From NCBI GenBank assembly GCA_964449235.1, contig CAYVAX010000001.1, positions 20,814 through 84,813 on the forward strand: a DNA stretch of 64,000 bases. Direction: 5' to 3'. The first letter of the stretch is position 1; each line of letters opens with the position of its first letter. Below the pieces are notes generated by a model, which was not told the DNA's origin, searched no databases, and worked only from the letters and a program-made list of their open reading frames with translations. Shown here piece after piece: positions 35,084 to 45,370 of the stretch. The stretch is from an uncultured Candidatus Saccharibacteria bacterium. Lineage in GTDB: Bacteria > Patescibacteriota > Minisyncoccia > RBG-13-40-8-A > JAUWHN01. The position numbers and the translations under genes were made by a program.

Positions 35084-36097
35084 ATGACCCAATATCTATA
35101 CATCACAATTTTTATTCTATTAGCAATTATTATTTACCTGATTATTAAAAAAAGGGCCGGCGCAGGAGTGCAATCTCTGCTTGGAGAAATAAAGGAGATT
35201 CGAAAAGAACTGTCTGAAGCCAGAGAAAAAAGCATGGATTCAATGCAAAAACAATTGCAAGAAAGCAGTAAGTTAGTTAAAGATGTTACTTCGCAATTAG
35301 AAAAAATCCATTCTGATCACCAGCATGTTAAAGACGTTAAGGGGCAATTAGATAAGTTGAGCAACATTTTGGCAAATCCCAAGCAAAGGGGAATATTAGG
35401 AGAATATTTCCTGGAAACATTATTAAAGAATGTATTTCAACCTAATCAGTACCAACTCCAATACAAATTTAAAGACGGAGAAATAGTAGACGCAGTTATT
35501 TTTCTTAAAGATAAAATTATTCCCATTGACTCCAAATTTTCTTTAGAGAATTATAATAAACTTTATGAGCAAAAAGATCCCCATAAGAAAAAAGGGTTGG
35601 AAAAAATGCTAAGGCAGGATTTGAAAAAAAGAATCGATGAAACTGCTAAATACATCCGACCCACAGAAAAAACCACAGATTTTGCATTCATGTTCATTCC
35701 CTCTGAGGGAATATACTATGACCTCTTGATAAACCGCGTAGGAGCTGTTAAAATAAGCACATATGATTTAATAGAATATGCATTTAAAGAAAAGCATGTG
35801 ATTATTGTTTCTCCAACCTCGTTCTACGCTTATTTACAAACCGTACTTCAGGGTTTAAGAGCATTAGAAATTGAAGAATCAGCAAAAGATATTCGAGAAA
35901 GAGTAGAAACTCTTAGAAGGCATTTATTGAATTACAATAATTTTTTAGACAAACTAGGATCTCATTTAAGCACGACCGTAAATACGTATAATAAGGCACA
36001 CAAGGAATTTTCAAAAATAGAAAAAGATACTGCAAAATTGACTGAAAAAAAGAACAAAATAAAGCCGAAAAAAATAAAAAAACCTAAAAAATCATAA
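35084..36097 (+). CDS. rmuC: DNA recombination protein RmuC
   Basis: N-terminal TM helix, long coiled coil, then ...RGILGEYFLETLLKNVFQPNQYQLQYKF.DGEIVDAVIFLKDKIIPIDSKFSLENY... (RmuC domain). Confidence 0.75.
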   Translation: MTQYLYITIFILLAIIIYLIIKKRAGAGVQSLLGEIKEIRKELSEAREKSMDSMQKQLQESSKLVKDVTSQLEKIHSDHQHVKDVKGQLDKLSNILANPKQRGILGEYFLETLLKNVFQPNQYQLQYKFKDGEIVDAVIFLKDKIIPIDSKFSLENYNKLYEQKDPHKKKGLEKMLRQDLKKRIDETAKYIRPTEKTTDFAFMFIPSEGIYYDLLINRVGAVKISTYDLIEYAFKEKHVIIVSPTSFYAYLQTVLQGLRALEIEESAKDIRERVETLRRHLLNYNNFLDKLGSHLSTTVNTYNKAHKEFSKIEKDTAKLTEKKNKIKPKKIKKPKKS

Positions 36098-36110
36098 TTT
36101 ATTTTCCAAT

Positions 36111-36524
36111 ATGTTAGCAATTATTAAAACTGGAGGTAAGCAATATATTGTTTCTCCTGGTGACAAAATAAAGATTGAAAAAATAAAGGGTAAAAAAAGT
36201 GATAAAGTTGAATTCACGGATGTTTTAATGGTGGAAAAAAATAAAAAAATTGAAATTGGCAAACCAACTGTAAAAACTGCTAAAGTAGTTGGAGAAATTA
36301 TCAAACAGGGAAGAGGAAAGAAGGTTATTGTATTTAAGTATAAATCTAAAAAACGATACAAAAAGAAAAGAGGACATAAGCAGCCATTTACAGAGGTTGA
36401 AATAAAAGATATTCGCAACAAAAAAACTAAAAGAACAGCAGGTAAACAATCTTCTCCCAAAAAGAAAAAACAAACAAAAAAACCAGCAAAAAAGCCGGTT
36501 AAGAAAAAATCAAACAAGAAATAA
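36111..36524 (+). CDS. rplU: 50S ribosomal protein L21 with a Lys-rich C-terminal extension
   Basis: MLAIIKTGGKQYIVSPGDKIKIEKI... L21 core (~100 aa), then ...RNKKTKRTAGKQSSPKKKKQTKKPAKKPVKKKSNKK. Confidence 0.85.
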   Translation: MLAIIKTGGKQYIVSPGDKIKIEKIKGKKSDKVEFTDVLMVEKNKKIEIGKPTVKTAKVVGEIIKQGRGKKVIVFKYKSKKRYKKKRGHKQPFTEVEIKDIRNKKTKRTAGKQSSPKKKKQTKKPAKKPVKKKSNKK

Positions 36525-36543
36525 ATATAAACAGAAAATATAT

Positions 36544-36579
36544 AAAGCTTAAACCTCTATTTAAGCTTTTTTTATTTTC
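36544..36579. terminator. Bidirectional intrinsic terminator between convergent rplU and cysS
   Basis: aaagcttaaa-cctcta-tttaagcttt + tttttatttt, with an A-tract on the other side. Confidence 0.65.
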
Positions 36580-37940
36580 ACCCCTTCAGGAGTGTCTTCC
36601 ATCCAATATCCCTGCTGCTTGATTTTCTCTCTAATTTTATCTGCTTGTTCCCATTTTTTTTCTTGTCTTGCTTTTTCTCTTTGTACTATTAATTGTTGAA
36701 TTTTCTTGGGAATTTTAAGTTCTTTTTTTGTTAATAAATCTAACCCCAATACTGTATCCATTGCTTGAATTGTATTTAGCTTTCCCAGAGCCCTTTTATC
36801 TCTCAGCATATTCCATAAAATACTTAATCCTTTGGGCATATTTAGATCGTCGTTAATTGCTTTCTCAAACTGGGAAAAATATTTCTTGTTATTTTTTTTA
36901 TCCAATTTTAATCCTGCAATAATATTTTTCATACGATCATAGCTCTCCTGAGCTTTTTTTAAATTTTTCAAAGAAAAATCAAGCAAGGAACGATAATGGG
37001 CAGTGAGTGTAAAATAGCGGTAGGCTAGGGGAGTAAAGCCCCTTTTTTGTAAATCTGAGATAGTGTATAACCCCCCTGTGCTTTTGCTTATCTTTTCCCC
37101 TTTAAAAACTAAGAAAGCGCCGTGCATCCAATAGTTAACTGATTTTTTATCGGTAGCAGCTTCATTTTGGGCAATTTCATTAGTATGGTGAACAGGAATA
37201 TGGTCTGTTCCTCCAGTGTGAATATCAAACGGAACCCCCAGGTATTTCATTGACATTGCTGAACATTCAACATGCCAGCCAGGAAATCCAACTCCCCAAG
37301 GACTGCTCCATTCTTGCTGTCTTTCTCCGGGTTTCTTGGAAAATTTCCACAATGCAAAATCAGTAATATTTTTCTTTTCTCTCAAATCCACTCTTTTCCC
37401 GGGTTTGAGTTTTTTCTTTTTTAATCTTGCTAATTTTCCGTAATCTGACAATTTAGAAGTGTCAAAATATATACCATCCTTTGTTTTGTAAGTATATCCT
37501 TTTTTCTCAAGAACTTTTACCAAATCAATCTGTTCCTGTATATGTTTGGTTGCTTTCGACCAAATATCGGGCTCAATTATATTCAACTTTTCAAAATCTT
37601 GCTTAAAAGCCTTCCAGTAATAATCTGCAATTTCACTGGCTTTCTTTTTTTCTTTTTTAGCTGCTTTTTCTATTTTATCCTCGCCAGTATCAGCATCACT
37701 AGTTAAATGCCCAACATCGGTTACATTCATTACATGTTTTACAGTATAGCCATTATGGACTAAGCTGCGTTTCAAAATGTCTGCGAAGATATAGCTTCTT
37801 AGATTTCCAATATGCTGATAAGAATAAACAGTTGGCCCACAGCTGTAAAGGCCAACTTTTTTATCTTTTATAGGTTTAAAAACTTCTTTTTTTCTCGTAA
37901 GAGTATTGTACAGTTTAAGCATAAGAACTTTTATAGCCAC
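36561..37940 (-). CDS. cysS: Cysteinyl-tRNA synthetase
   Basis: ...[19 protein letters not shown] (HIGH), ...KISKSTG (KMSKS), class I Rossmann fold; 459 aa. Confidence 0.85.
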   Translation of the reverse strand: MAIKVLMLKLYNTLTRKKEVFKPIKDKKVGLYSCGPTVYSYQHIGNLRSYIFADILKRSLVHNGYTVKHVMNVTDVGHLTSDADTGEDKIEKAAKKEKKKASEIADYYWKAFKQDFEKLNIIEPDIWSKATKHIQEQIDLVKVLEKKGYTYKTKDGIYFDTSKLSDYGKLARLKKKKLKPGKRVDLREKKNITDFALWKFSKKPGERQQEWSSPWGVGFPGWHVECSAMSMKYLGVPFDIHTGGTDHIPVHHTNEIAQNEAATDKKSVNYWMHGAFLVFKGEKISKSTGGLYTISDLQKRGFTPLAYRYFTLTAHYRSLLDFSLKNLKKAQESYDRMKNIIAGLKLDKKNNKKYFSQFEKAINDDLNMPKGLSILWNMLRDKRALGKLNTIQAMDTVLGLDLLTKKELKIPKKIQQLIVQREKARQEKKWEQADKIREKIKQQGYWMEDTPEGVKIKKA

Positions 37941-38845
37941 TTTTGTTTTTTAAAGAAAACCAGCATTCCTGCAGTAGCAACTAGCATAATCCCAAAAATC
38001 ATCCAAAAATCATATTCGTGCCCCACAAGAGGAAGAAATTGAGTATTCATTCCAAAGATTGAAGCCAGTAATGTGAGCGGAAAAACAATTACGGAAAATA
38101 TAGTTAAAATCCGCATAATGCGATTGGTGCGGTTGGAGACTAAGGAATCATTAGTTTCTCTTAGAGCTTCAATGGTTTCTTTGTGATTTTCAAGTATATT
38201 CCAAACGCGTATATAGTCTCCGATGATATCCATAAAGTATGGACGCATGTCTTTGCCAAAAAATTTTAATCCTCTAATTTTTAATGATTCCAAAACAGTT
38301 TTTTGGGGCTTGATTGTTTTTCTAAAATCAAATATATCTCTTCGAACCCAGGAAATTATCTTTACCACCTTTTCACTTCCACCCTCTTTAAAGGTCTTAT
38401 CTTCAATCTGATTTACTTTTTTACTGATATGATCCAACTGTCTTAGAGAAAAATTATACAGTTTTTCAAGTATGCAATGCAGAAGCAGAGCAGGGGTTTC
38501 ACTTAAGGCGCGCTCCCGGGATGTTCTATCTGTCTGGCATTTTGCCAAAAACTGTTTTAAAGGAAGAAGATCTTCATAGTGAACAGTAATTAAAGCATTG
38601 GGGGTAATCAGAAAATCTACCTCTATAGATTTATTTGTTTTTTTCTGGCTATCATAGAAGGGGAAATGAATGACCATGAATAAATAATGATCGTAATGCT
38701 CTACCCGGGGACGAATAGTGGGAGTTAAAAGCTCATCTAGGGTAACGGGGTGAAATTTAAATTTTTTCTTTAAATAATCAAGATCTTTTTTACTGGGGTT
38801 TTTAACATCAATCCAAATATTCTTTTTATGTTTAATAATATTCAT
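37931..38845 (-). CDS. corA: CorA-family divalent cation transporter
   Basis: Two C-terminal TM helices and the F-G-M-N-T-Q signature (GMN); 304 aa. Confidence 0.75.
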   Translation of the reverse strand: MNIIKHKKNIWIDVKNPSKKDLDYLKKKFKFHPVTLDELLTPTIRPRVEHYDHYLFMVIHFPFYDSQKKTNKSIEVDFLITPNALITVHYEDLLPLKQFLAKCQTDRTSRERALSETPALLLHCILEKLYNFSLRQLDHISKKVNQIEDKTFKEGGSEKVVKIISWVRRDIFDFRKTIKPQKTVLESLKIRGLKFFGKDMRPYFMDIIGDYIRVWNILENHKETIEALRETNDSLVSNRTNRIMRILTIFSVIVFPLTLLASIFGMNTQFLPLVGHEYDFWMIFGIMLVATAGMLVFFKKQKWL

Positions 38846-38940
38846 AATTGTTTATAGTTTATTTCTTAACTTAACCTTAAATATATTATATCACATCTAG
38901 AAATATTTTCCTAACAACTTTGTGGATACATGCACAGGGG

Positions 38941-38969
38941 TTGACAGGTTTTTCCCGCACGATTATAAT
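38941..38969 (+). promoter_or_regulatory. Consensus sigma70 promoter TTGACA-N17-TATAAT upstream of hrcA
   Basis: ttgaca(38941-46)-ggtttttcccgcacgat-tataat(38964-69). Confidence 0.6.
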
Positions 38970-38973
38970 ACAA

Positions 38974-39000
38974 TTAGCAGTCTTCTCTTAAGACTGCTAA
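38974..39000 (+). promoter_or_regulatory. CIRCE-like HrcA operator: TTAGCAGTC-N9-GACTGCTAA (perfect 9-bp inverted repeat, one swapped position relative to the canonical TTAGCACTC-N9-GAGTGCTAA)
   Basis: Lies between the -10 hexamer and the hrcA ATG (39006). Confidence 0.65.
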
Positions 39001-39005
39001 TCAAA

Positions 39006-39722
39006 ATGACTGACCGCCAAAAAAAAATTATTACCCTCTTAATCAAGGAATACGTAAAGCGGCCAAGGCCAGTGAGCTCTAGCTTATTAGCTCAAAAATA
39101 CAAGCTGGGATTAAGTCCGGCAACAATCAGAAATGAAATGAAAATATTGGAAAGGCTAGGATACTTAGCCCAGCCGCATACATCAGCTGGACGTGTGCCT
39201 ACAGAGAAAGCTTATCGTTTGTTTATTAACTCTTTAAGAGAAAAAGAGGGAAAAGAATCTCCAAAGCCCTTAAAGAAAGCTTCGAAAAATTTAAAATTAA
39301 AACAATCTGAAGAAATTCTCAGAGAAACAACTAAAAAGTTAGCGCAAATGTCAGGAGGATTTGCATTTAGCAGCACTGAAGAAGGGGAATTTCTTCACCA
39401 GTTTGGTTTAGCGAATTTACTGAAAGAAGCAGAGTTGGAAGATGAAGATTTTTTTACAGAAATAACTCAAATAATGGAAGAACTTGATAAACACTTTGAT
39501 AAACTGCTTAAAAAAGTAATTGAGAATGAAACCAAGGTGTTTATCGGCAAAGAAAATCCATTAGGAAAAACTAAAAAATTAACTTTAATTATTTCCAGCT
39601 GTAAAACTCCTGAGCATAAACAAGGAATAATCGGGCTATTGGGTCCAATGCGCATGCGTTACGAACAAAATATCCCGTTAATAAATAAATTAAAGGAGAT
39701 ATTAGAAGAACATGAGCAATAA
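39006..39722 (+). CDS. hrcA: Heat-inducible transcription repressor HrcA (short form, 238 aa)
   Basis: MTDRQKKIITLLIKEYVKRPRPVSSSLLAQKYKLGLSPATIRNEMKILERLGYLAQPHTSAGRVPTEKAYRLFIN: wHTH of HrcA. The track ORF starts at 38922, but the promoter and CIRCE place the true start at the ATG at 39006. Confidence 0.75.
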   Translation: MTDRQKKIITLLIKEYVKRPRPVSSSLLAQKYKLGLSPATIRNEMKILERLGYLAQPHTSAGRVPTEKAYRLFINSLREKEGKESPKPLKKASKNLKLKQSEEILRETTKKLAQMSGGFAFSSTEEGEFLHQFGLANLLKEAELEDEDFFTEITQIMEELDKHFDKLLKKVIENETKVFIGKENPLGKTKKLTLIISSCKTPEHKQGIIGLLGPMRMRYEQNIPLINKLKEILEEHEQ

Positions 39723-40224
39723 AAAAGGGGATGATAAATTAGAATATGAACCGGAAGACGACAAAGATTTTTCAGAGAAAATAAAAAAGCTTAAGAGTAA
39801 GCTCAAATCCTGCCAAAAAGAAAAGGCAGAATATCTTGCTGGCTGGCAGCGGGCAAAAGCGGATTTAATTAATTACAAAAAAGAGCAGGAGAATAAAATC
39901 TCTGAATACTACAAATTTGCAAACGAAGGATTAATTTTAGAAGTTTTACCAGTTTTAGACAGTTTTGAACAAGCATTAAAGCACATTTCTAAACCTGAAA
40001 AAGAAAATATTCAGCAAATATACAAACAATTAAAAAATATTTTAAAAACCAATGGAGTTGAAGAGATTCCAGTAATAGGAAAAAAATTTAACCCTGAATT
40101 TCACGAAGCAGTTGAAGAAGTTAAATCTAATAAAAAATCCGGAGTTATTATTGAGGAAGTTCAGAGGGGATATAAGCTCCATGGAAAAACAATTAGAGCA
40201 AGTAGGGTTAAAGTTAGTAAATAA
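39712..40224 (+). CDS. grpE: Nucleotide exchange factor GrpE
   Basis: 170 aa. Coiled-coil N-terminus and a C-terminal ...GYKLHGKTIRASRVKVSK beta-sheet domain. Confidence 0.8.
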   Translation: MSNKKGDDKLEYEPEDDKDFSEKIKKLKSKLKSCQKEKAEYLAGWQRAKADLINYKKEQENKISEYYKFANEGLILEVLPVLDSFEQALKHISKPEKENIQQIYKQLKNILKTNGVEEIPVIGKKFNPEFHEAVEEVKSNKKSGVIIEEVQRGYKLHGKTIRASRVKVSK

Positions 40225-40368
40225 TTCTATCCGCTGCCCACAAAGGTTAAAGGAGATAAATCCAGTACAACTTCAGAAAACGGAATGTTAAAAATTTCTC
40301 TTCCTAAAAAAACCGAAACTAAAAAGAAAAAATCTCTGTTAAAATTAAAAATAAAAAGAAATAAATAA
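40225..40368 (+). pseudogene. Relic of a small heat-shock protein (Hsp20/alpha-crystallin) C-terminus, in frame immediately after the grpE TAA
   Basis: Translation FYPLPTKVKGDKSSTTSENGMLKISLPKKTETKKKKSLLKLKIKRNK* contains the sHSP beta9 strand consensus (..ENGVL.I.LPK) and a C-terminal I-x-I-like (KIK) tail. No alpha-crystallin domain precedes it. Confidence 0.45.
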
Positions 40369-40457
40369 CAATTTTGAGATTAAAAATTTATGATTAGGGA
40401 ATTTGAATAGGTGATTAATTCCCTAAGTCAAAATTTTTGATCTCTAATCTTATTACC

Positions 40458-42395
40458 ATGAGCAAAATACTAGGTATTGATTTAGGAACCACTAACTCTG
40501 CTATGGCAATAGTAGAAGGTGGGGAACCAAAGATAATTGAAAATAAAGAAGGAAACAGGACAACCCCTTCGATAGTTGCAATTTCCAAAGATAAAGAAAG
40601 ATTAGTTGGCCTTTTAGCTAAAAGGCAGGCAGTTACTAATCCTAAAAACACGATTTTTTCTACTAAACGATTAATCGGCCGTAAATTTTCTGATCCCGAA
40701 GTGCAAAGAGATAAAAAGCTGTTACCTTTTGAAATGCAAGGGTCTAAAAACGAAGGAGTAGAAATTAAATTATCTGATAAATGGTACCGACCAGCAGAAA
40801 TATCAGCAATGATTCTACAAAAAATGAAAAACGATGCCGAAGATAGGTTGGGTGAAAAAATAGAAGAAGCAGTAATCACTGTTCCTGCATATTTTAACGA
40901 TTCTCAACGAAAAGCAACTAAGGATGCCGGTAAAATCGCAGGATTAAAGGTTAAACGAATAATCAACGAACCTACTGCAGCTGCCCTAGCTTATGGATTA
41001 AATAAAAAGAAGGATGAACAAATTGTAGTTTTCGATTTTGGGGGAGGAACCTTTGATGTTTCTGTTCTAGAGGTTTCTGAAAATACTGTAGAGGTAAAAG
41101 CTACAGGTGGAGATACCCACCTAGGAGGAGACGATTTTGACCAAAAAATCATTGACTGGCTAGTTGAGGAATTCAAAAAAGATCAAGGAATTGATTTGTC
41201 AAAAGATCAATTAGCCCTGCAAAGATTAAAAGAAGCAGCAGAAAAAGCAAAGCATGAACTATCTTCAACCCTAGAAACCGAGGTTAATATCCCCTTTATT
41301 ACCACTGATTCCAGCGGGCCCAAACATCTTAATATAAAGTTGAGTAGGGCTAAATTAGAAGATCTGGTAGGAGAATACATTGACCGCGCGACCAAGAAAA
41401 CCAAGGAAGTGATTAAAGATTCTGGATTTAAAATCTCTGACATTGATGAGGTGGTTTTGGTTGGCGGACAAACCAGAATGCCAGCAATCCAAGAAGCAGT
41501 TAAAAAACTATTTGGAAAAGAGACTCACAAAAATATTAACCCCGACGAAGTGGTAGCTGTTGGAGCAGCAGTTCAAGCAGGAATTTTCCAGGGAGATGTA
41601 AAAGATGTATTACTGCTTGATGTCACTCCTCTTTCTTTAGGAATTGAAACCTTGGGAGGGGTAATGACCAAATTAATCGAAAAAAACACTACTATTCCTG
41701 CTTCTAAAAGTCAAATTTTTTCAACTGCCGCTGACAATCAACCCTCTGTAGAGGTTCACGTTCTTCAAGGAGAAAGACCAATGGCCGCAGATAATAAAAC
41801 TTTGGGTAAATTCATCTTAGACGGCCTTCCTCCTGCACCCAGAGGAGTTCCACAAATTGAAGTAAGTTTTGATATTGACGCTGATGGTATTTTAAGTGTT
41901 TCTGCTAAAGATAAGGCAACTGGAAAAGAACAGTCGATTAGAATAGAGGCATCTTCAGAATTATCCAAAGAAGACATAGAAAGAATGAAAAAAGAAGCAG
42001 AGGCTCATATAGAAGAAGACAAAAAGAAAAAAGAAAAGATCGAAGTTAAGAATAAAGCTGATACTTTAGTGTACACTACTGAAAAGACGCTTCGAGAACA
42101 CGGTGATAAGGTAGATTCCAAAGCAAAGCAAGAAATTGAACAAAAGATTGAAGCCCTTAAAAAGGTAAAAGACGGAAACAACTTTGAAGAAATTAAAAAA
42201 GCCTCTGACCAATTATCTCAAGCCATCCAAAAAATCGGATCTGATCTTTATAAGGCCCAACAAGAAGCTCAAAAACAAGAAGAGAAGTATAAGGATGTTA
42301 AGGGTGACAAAAAAGATAAAAAAGAGAATGAAGACATAGAAGAGGGCGAAGTAGAAGAAAACGATGATGAAAATAAGGATAAAGATAAAAATTAA
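40458..42395 (+). CDS. dnaK: Chaperone DnaK (Hsp70)
   Basis: [29 protein letters not shown]..., ...[15 protein letters not shown]..., ...[11 protein letters not shown]...; acidic C-terminal tail. The ATG at 40458 is preferred over the track start at 40437. Confidence 0.9.
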   Translation: MSKILGIDLGTTNSAMAIVEGGEPKIIENKEGNRTTPSIVAISKDKERLVGLLAKRQAVTNPKNTIFSTKRLIGRKFSDPEVQRDKKLLPFEMQGSKNEGVEIKLSDKWYRPAEISAMILQKMKNDAEDRLGEKIEEAVITVPAYFNDSQRKATKDAGKIAGLKVKRIINEPTAAALAYGLNKKKDEQIVVFDFGGGTFDVSVLEVSENTVEVKATGGDTHLGGDDFDQKIIDWLVEEFKKDQGIDLSKDQLALQRLKEAAEKAKHELSSTLETEVNIPFITTDSSGPKHLNIKLSRAKLEDLVGEYIDRATKKTKEVIKDSGFKISDIDEVVLVGGQTRMPAIQEAVKKLFGKETHKNINPDEVVAVGAAVQAGIFQGDVKDVLLLDVTPLSLGIETLGGVMTKLIEKNTTIPASKSQIFSTAADNQPSVEVHVLQGERPMAADNKTLGKFILDGLPPAPRGVPQIEVSFDIDADGILSVSAKDKATGKEQSIRIEASSELSKEDIERMKKEAEAHIEEDKKKKEKIEVKNKADTLVYTTEKTLREHGDKVDSKAKQEIEQKIEALKKVKDGNNFEEIKKASDQLSQAIQKIGSDLYKAQQEAQKQEEKYKDVKGDKKDKKENEDIEEGEVEENDDENKDKDKN

Positions 42396-42403
42396 ATATT
42401 CAC

Positions 42404-42443
42404 ATTAATATCCACTGGCGTTTAAGCGTCAGTGGATATTAAT
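42404..42443 (+). terminator. 14-bp perfect hairpin (attaatatccactg ... cagtggatattaat) after dnaK; terminator-like, no U-tract
   Basis: Inverted repeat seen in sequence. Confidence 0.4.
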
Positions 42444-43253
42444 AAATCAAATTCTATGTTTAAATTTTCTAGCGTTCAAAAGCAAATTATTTTAGGGATA
42501 AAGATCGTTGTTTTTGGTTTATTGGTCTGGCTCTTCTTGCACCAAGTATTTTATTCGGAATTAAATTTAAGTTTTTTAATTCTAGCTATACTAAGTTTAA
42601 TATTCTGGACAATAGCTTTTTCTATCGGAATTCTTGTTTTAGATAAAAAATTCCTATATCCGGCATTTATTTTGAGCTTGTTTTCCTTTTTTATTTTTTT
42701 CCAGGGATCGGGCGTGGGACCGTTAGAATTCAGAGAAGCGCTATATTACTTCTTAATCTTGGCTTTGGTTTTTGTTAGTTTTATTCTTTTTCGAACAAGG
42801 GTATTGCATGATAAAAAAACAAGAATAAAATTGCACTTTTGGAAAATTTTGAGAAGAAAGGGGCTTGGCTGGATGTTTACTCTTCTTTGCTTGTTAATAG
42901 CTTTTGTCTATTATTTTTCTCCTGCTCTGGGAGCATTTTCTTCAGAAGCTGGTTTCCAAATTTCTGAAGGTCTTATGAACACAATTTTGAAACCATTAAG
43001 CTCTTTGGGTCCGGAAATAGAAGATTTTGCTCGTGAGTTTATTAATTCCCAAATCAGCAGCAGCCAGGGACCAATAAAAACTTATGTGCCTATTGCCTTA
43101 GCTGTGGGATTGTTTTTATCCTTAAGAATAGCTGTTATCGTCTTGGTTCCAATTGTATTATTGCTAACAGTACTCTCTATTAAGCTATCTGTCAGTTTGG
43201 GATTTGTTAATATTGATATTCAAAAAGTTGATGCTGAAAAATTGGAATTATAA
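42432..43253 (+). CDS. Hypothetical polytopic membrane protein
   Basis: 273 aa, 6-7 hydrophobic helices, no recognisable motif. Confidence 0.4.
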   Translation: MDINKSNSMFKFSSVQKQIILGIKIVVFGLLVWLFLHQVFYSELNLSFLILAILSLIFWTIAFSIGILVLDKKFLYPAFILSLFSFFIFFQGSGVGPLEFREALYYFLILALVFVSFILFRTRVLHDKKTRIKLHFWKILRRKGLGWMFTLLCLLIAFVYYFSPALGAFSSEAGFQISEGLMNTILKPLSSLGPEIEDFAREFINSQISSSQGPIKTYVPIALAVGLFLSLRIAVIVLVPIVLLLTVLSIKLSVSLGFVNIDIQKVDAEKLEL

Positions 43254-43287
43254 AAAGCCCATCAACTAAAGACAGGCTTTTAATGTT

Positions 43288-44232
43288 TTATTTTGTTTTT
43301 TCAAAAATGTGATTTGCAAAAAAATCTTTTTGAATTAATTTCCCTTTTATTTCAAAGTCAGTTATACGAAAATATCTTTCCTTTAAACCGCATTCTTTAG
43401 CAATTTTTCTTATAAGTCTGGGGTCTGGCTGTGAAAAATATTTTACATTTCCAGTAGAAGAAATGAGTAGCTTGTTGTACTTTCCTGGAATTTGTTCTTG
43501 AATGTAGCTAAGGGAAAACTTTCCATTGGGCTTTAATAAATCAATTACTGCTTTTAATGAAGAATAAATCATTTGTTTGGGCGTATGAACAAGCAAAGAC
43601 GCACAAGACCAAATGCCATCAAAAATTTCCGAGCAAGAAGAAGATAAGTTGTGCATATCTCTTTGAATAATTGCAGGAAAATATTTAGGATCAATTGTTT
43701 TAGCATATTTAGCAATTATTTTAGCAGTGGCTTTAAGCATTTCTTTAGATCTGTCCAGAGCAATTACTCTTAGCTTTTTTCTAGGAACAGCAAATTTATC
43801 AATAACCCTTTCCCCTTGATAAATTCTTTGCATTAACTGTTTTCGTAGTTTCTGACTCTTAGTGGCCATAAAAAGGGTATCTCGGCCATTCCCACAGCCA
43901 AGATCGCAAATACAGGCATCTCTGTTTAGCTTTTGCATAAAAACAAGCAATTCGTCTACAACTCCTTCAGTTATATGAGGATCGGAATTAAAGTGATTAA
44001 TGGTCCGATCGTAAACTTCAATGGCGTGATGAATTAAATCCGATGCCGACAGTGAATTAATTATTTCTTCAGTATGTTTATCCAGTTGCTTTTGGTTAAT
44101 TTGTCTAAATTCCTCTTTTTTCCGAATACTTAATGCGCTCATCACTACTTTTTCTAGATTAGTTAAATCTTCCAATTTTACCTCCTTGTTTTTAAGGTTC
44201 AATTCTAGAAATTTTATACTAACACAAAACAA
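43288..44232 (-). CDS. Class I SAM-dependent methyltransferase (substrate unknown); true start probably the internal ATG at 44142
   Basis: SAM motif I ...[16 protein letters not shown]... and downstream acidic motif II/III pattern. The track start at 44232 would leave only 4 nt to the divergent dnaJ start. Confidence 0.6.
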   Translation of the reverse strand: MFCVSIKFLELNLKNKEVKLEDLTNLEKVVMSALSIRKKEEFRQINQKQLDKHTEEIINSLSASDLIHHAIEVYDRTINHFNSDPHITEGVVDELLVFMQKLNRDACICDLGCGNGRDTLFMATKSQKLRKQLMQRIYQGERVIDKFAVPRKKLRVIALDRSKEMLKATAKIIAKYAKTIDPKYFPAIIQRDMHNLSSSCSEIFDGIWSCASLLVHTPKQMIYSSLKAVIDLLKPNGKFSLSYIQEQIPGKYNKLLISSTGNVKYFSQPDPRLIRKIAKECGLKERYFRITDFEIKGKLIQKDFFANHIFEKTK

Positions 44233-44236
44233 AAAT

Positions 44237-45328
44237 ATGTCAAAAGATTATTACACAATATTAGGAGTTTCTAAAAATGCCTCTAATCAGGATATAAAGC
44301 AGGCTTACCGTAAGCTTGCTCATAAATATCATCCGGATAAAAAAGGAGGCGACGAAAAAAAATTCAAACAAATAAATGAAGCTTACCAGGTGCTTTCCAA
44401 TGATCAAAAGCGAGCCCAATATGACCAATTTGGTTCTGCTTTCCCCGGACAAGGAGGACCATCTGGAGCTTGGGGGAATGGAAATTTTGAAGATATTTTT
44501 AGAAACTTTGGAGGTTTTCGTAGTGCTAATTTTGACTTTGATGATATTTTTTCTTTTTTCAGCGGTTCTCCAGGAGGACAAAAAAGAACCAGGGAGTATA
44601 AGTCTAAAGCCAAAGACATTGTAGTAGATTTAGAGATTACCCTGGAAGAAATTTATAACCGTGCGAATAAAGAAATAAAGTTGAGAAAAAATGTAAAATG
44701 TCCAAAATGCAACAGTAGCGGACGGGAGCCAGGAAGCGCAATGAAAAAATGTTCAACCTGCAACGGCAATGGAGAAATTCATCAAACCCAAAAAACCATC
44801 TTCGGTTCTTTCAGCCGAATAACTGTTTGCCCTGATTGCCACGGGGAGGGAGAAATTCCTGAAAAAGCATGCACTAAATGTCGAGGTAGGGGAACAATTA
44901 AAGATGTTCAAGCTATAACTATTAATGTCCCTGCTGGAGTTGACGATGGCCAAATTATTAAATTAGAAAGACAAGGAGAAGCAGGAGGTAAAGGAATAAT
45001 TCCTGGCAATTTATATATCCGCATTCATCTTGAAAAACATAAAGATTTCACCAAAAAAGGAAATGATATTTATTACGAACTCCCAATAAAGTTTACTCAA
45101 GCGGCCCTGGGAGATAAGGTTGAAATACCTACTCTTGAAAAAAAAGTTAAATTAAAAATTCCTTCAGGCGTAGAGTCAGGAAAACTTTTAAGGATAAAAA
45201 ATAAAGGATTGCCTCAAGCAGATGGAAGCAGGGGAGACCAGCTTGTTAAAATCAAAATCAATACCCCTGAAAAACTCTCTAAAAAAGAAAGGGAGCTTTT
45301 GGAAAAACTAAAAAAAGAAGGTCTTTAA
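44237..45328 (+). CDS. dnaJ: Chaperone DnaJ
   Basis: J-domain [38 protein letters not shown]-rich region, four CxxCxGxG zinc-finger repeats ([32 protein letters not shown]). The track ORF starts at a TTG at 44186. Confidence 0.9.
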   Translation: MSKDYYTILGVSKNASNQDIKQAYRKLAHKYHPDKKGGDEKKFKQINEAYQVLSNDQKRAQYDQFGSAFPGQGGPSGAWGNGNFEDIFRNFGGFRSANFDFDDIFSFFSGSPGGQKRTREYKSKAKDIVVDLEITLEEIYNRANKEIKLRKNVKCPKCNSSGREPGSAMKKCSTCNGNGEIHQTQKTIFGSFSRITVCPDCHGEGEIPEKACTKCRGRGTIKDVQAITINVPAGVDDGQIIKLERQGEAGGKGIIPGNLYIRIHLEKHKDFTKKGNDIYYELPIKFTQAALGDKVEIPTLEKKVKLKIPSGVESGKLLRIKNKGLPQADGSRGDQLVKIKINTPEKLSKKERELLEKLKKEGL

Positions 45329-45370
45329 AATTTACAATTTTTAAAAATTGCAATATAATACTTAAAGAAA

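Noticed and set aside
38922-39005. Track start of hrcA at 38922 (MDTCTGVDRFFPHDYNTISSLLLRLLIK...)
   Set aside because: This stretch is the promoter (-35/-10) and CIRCE operator translated in frame. The real start is the ATG at 39006.
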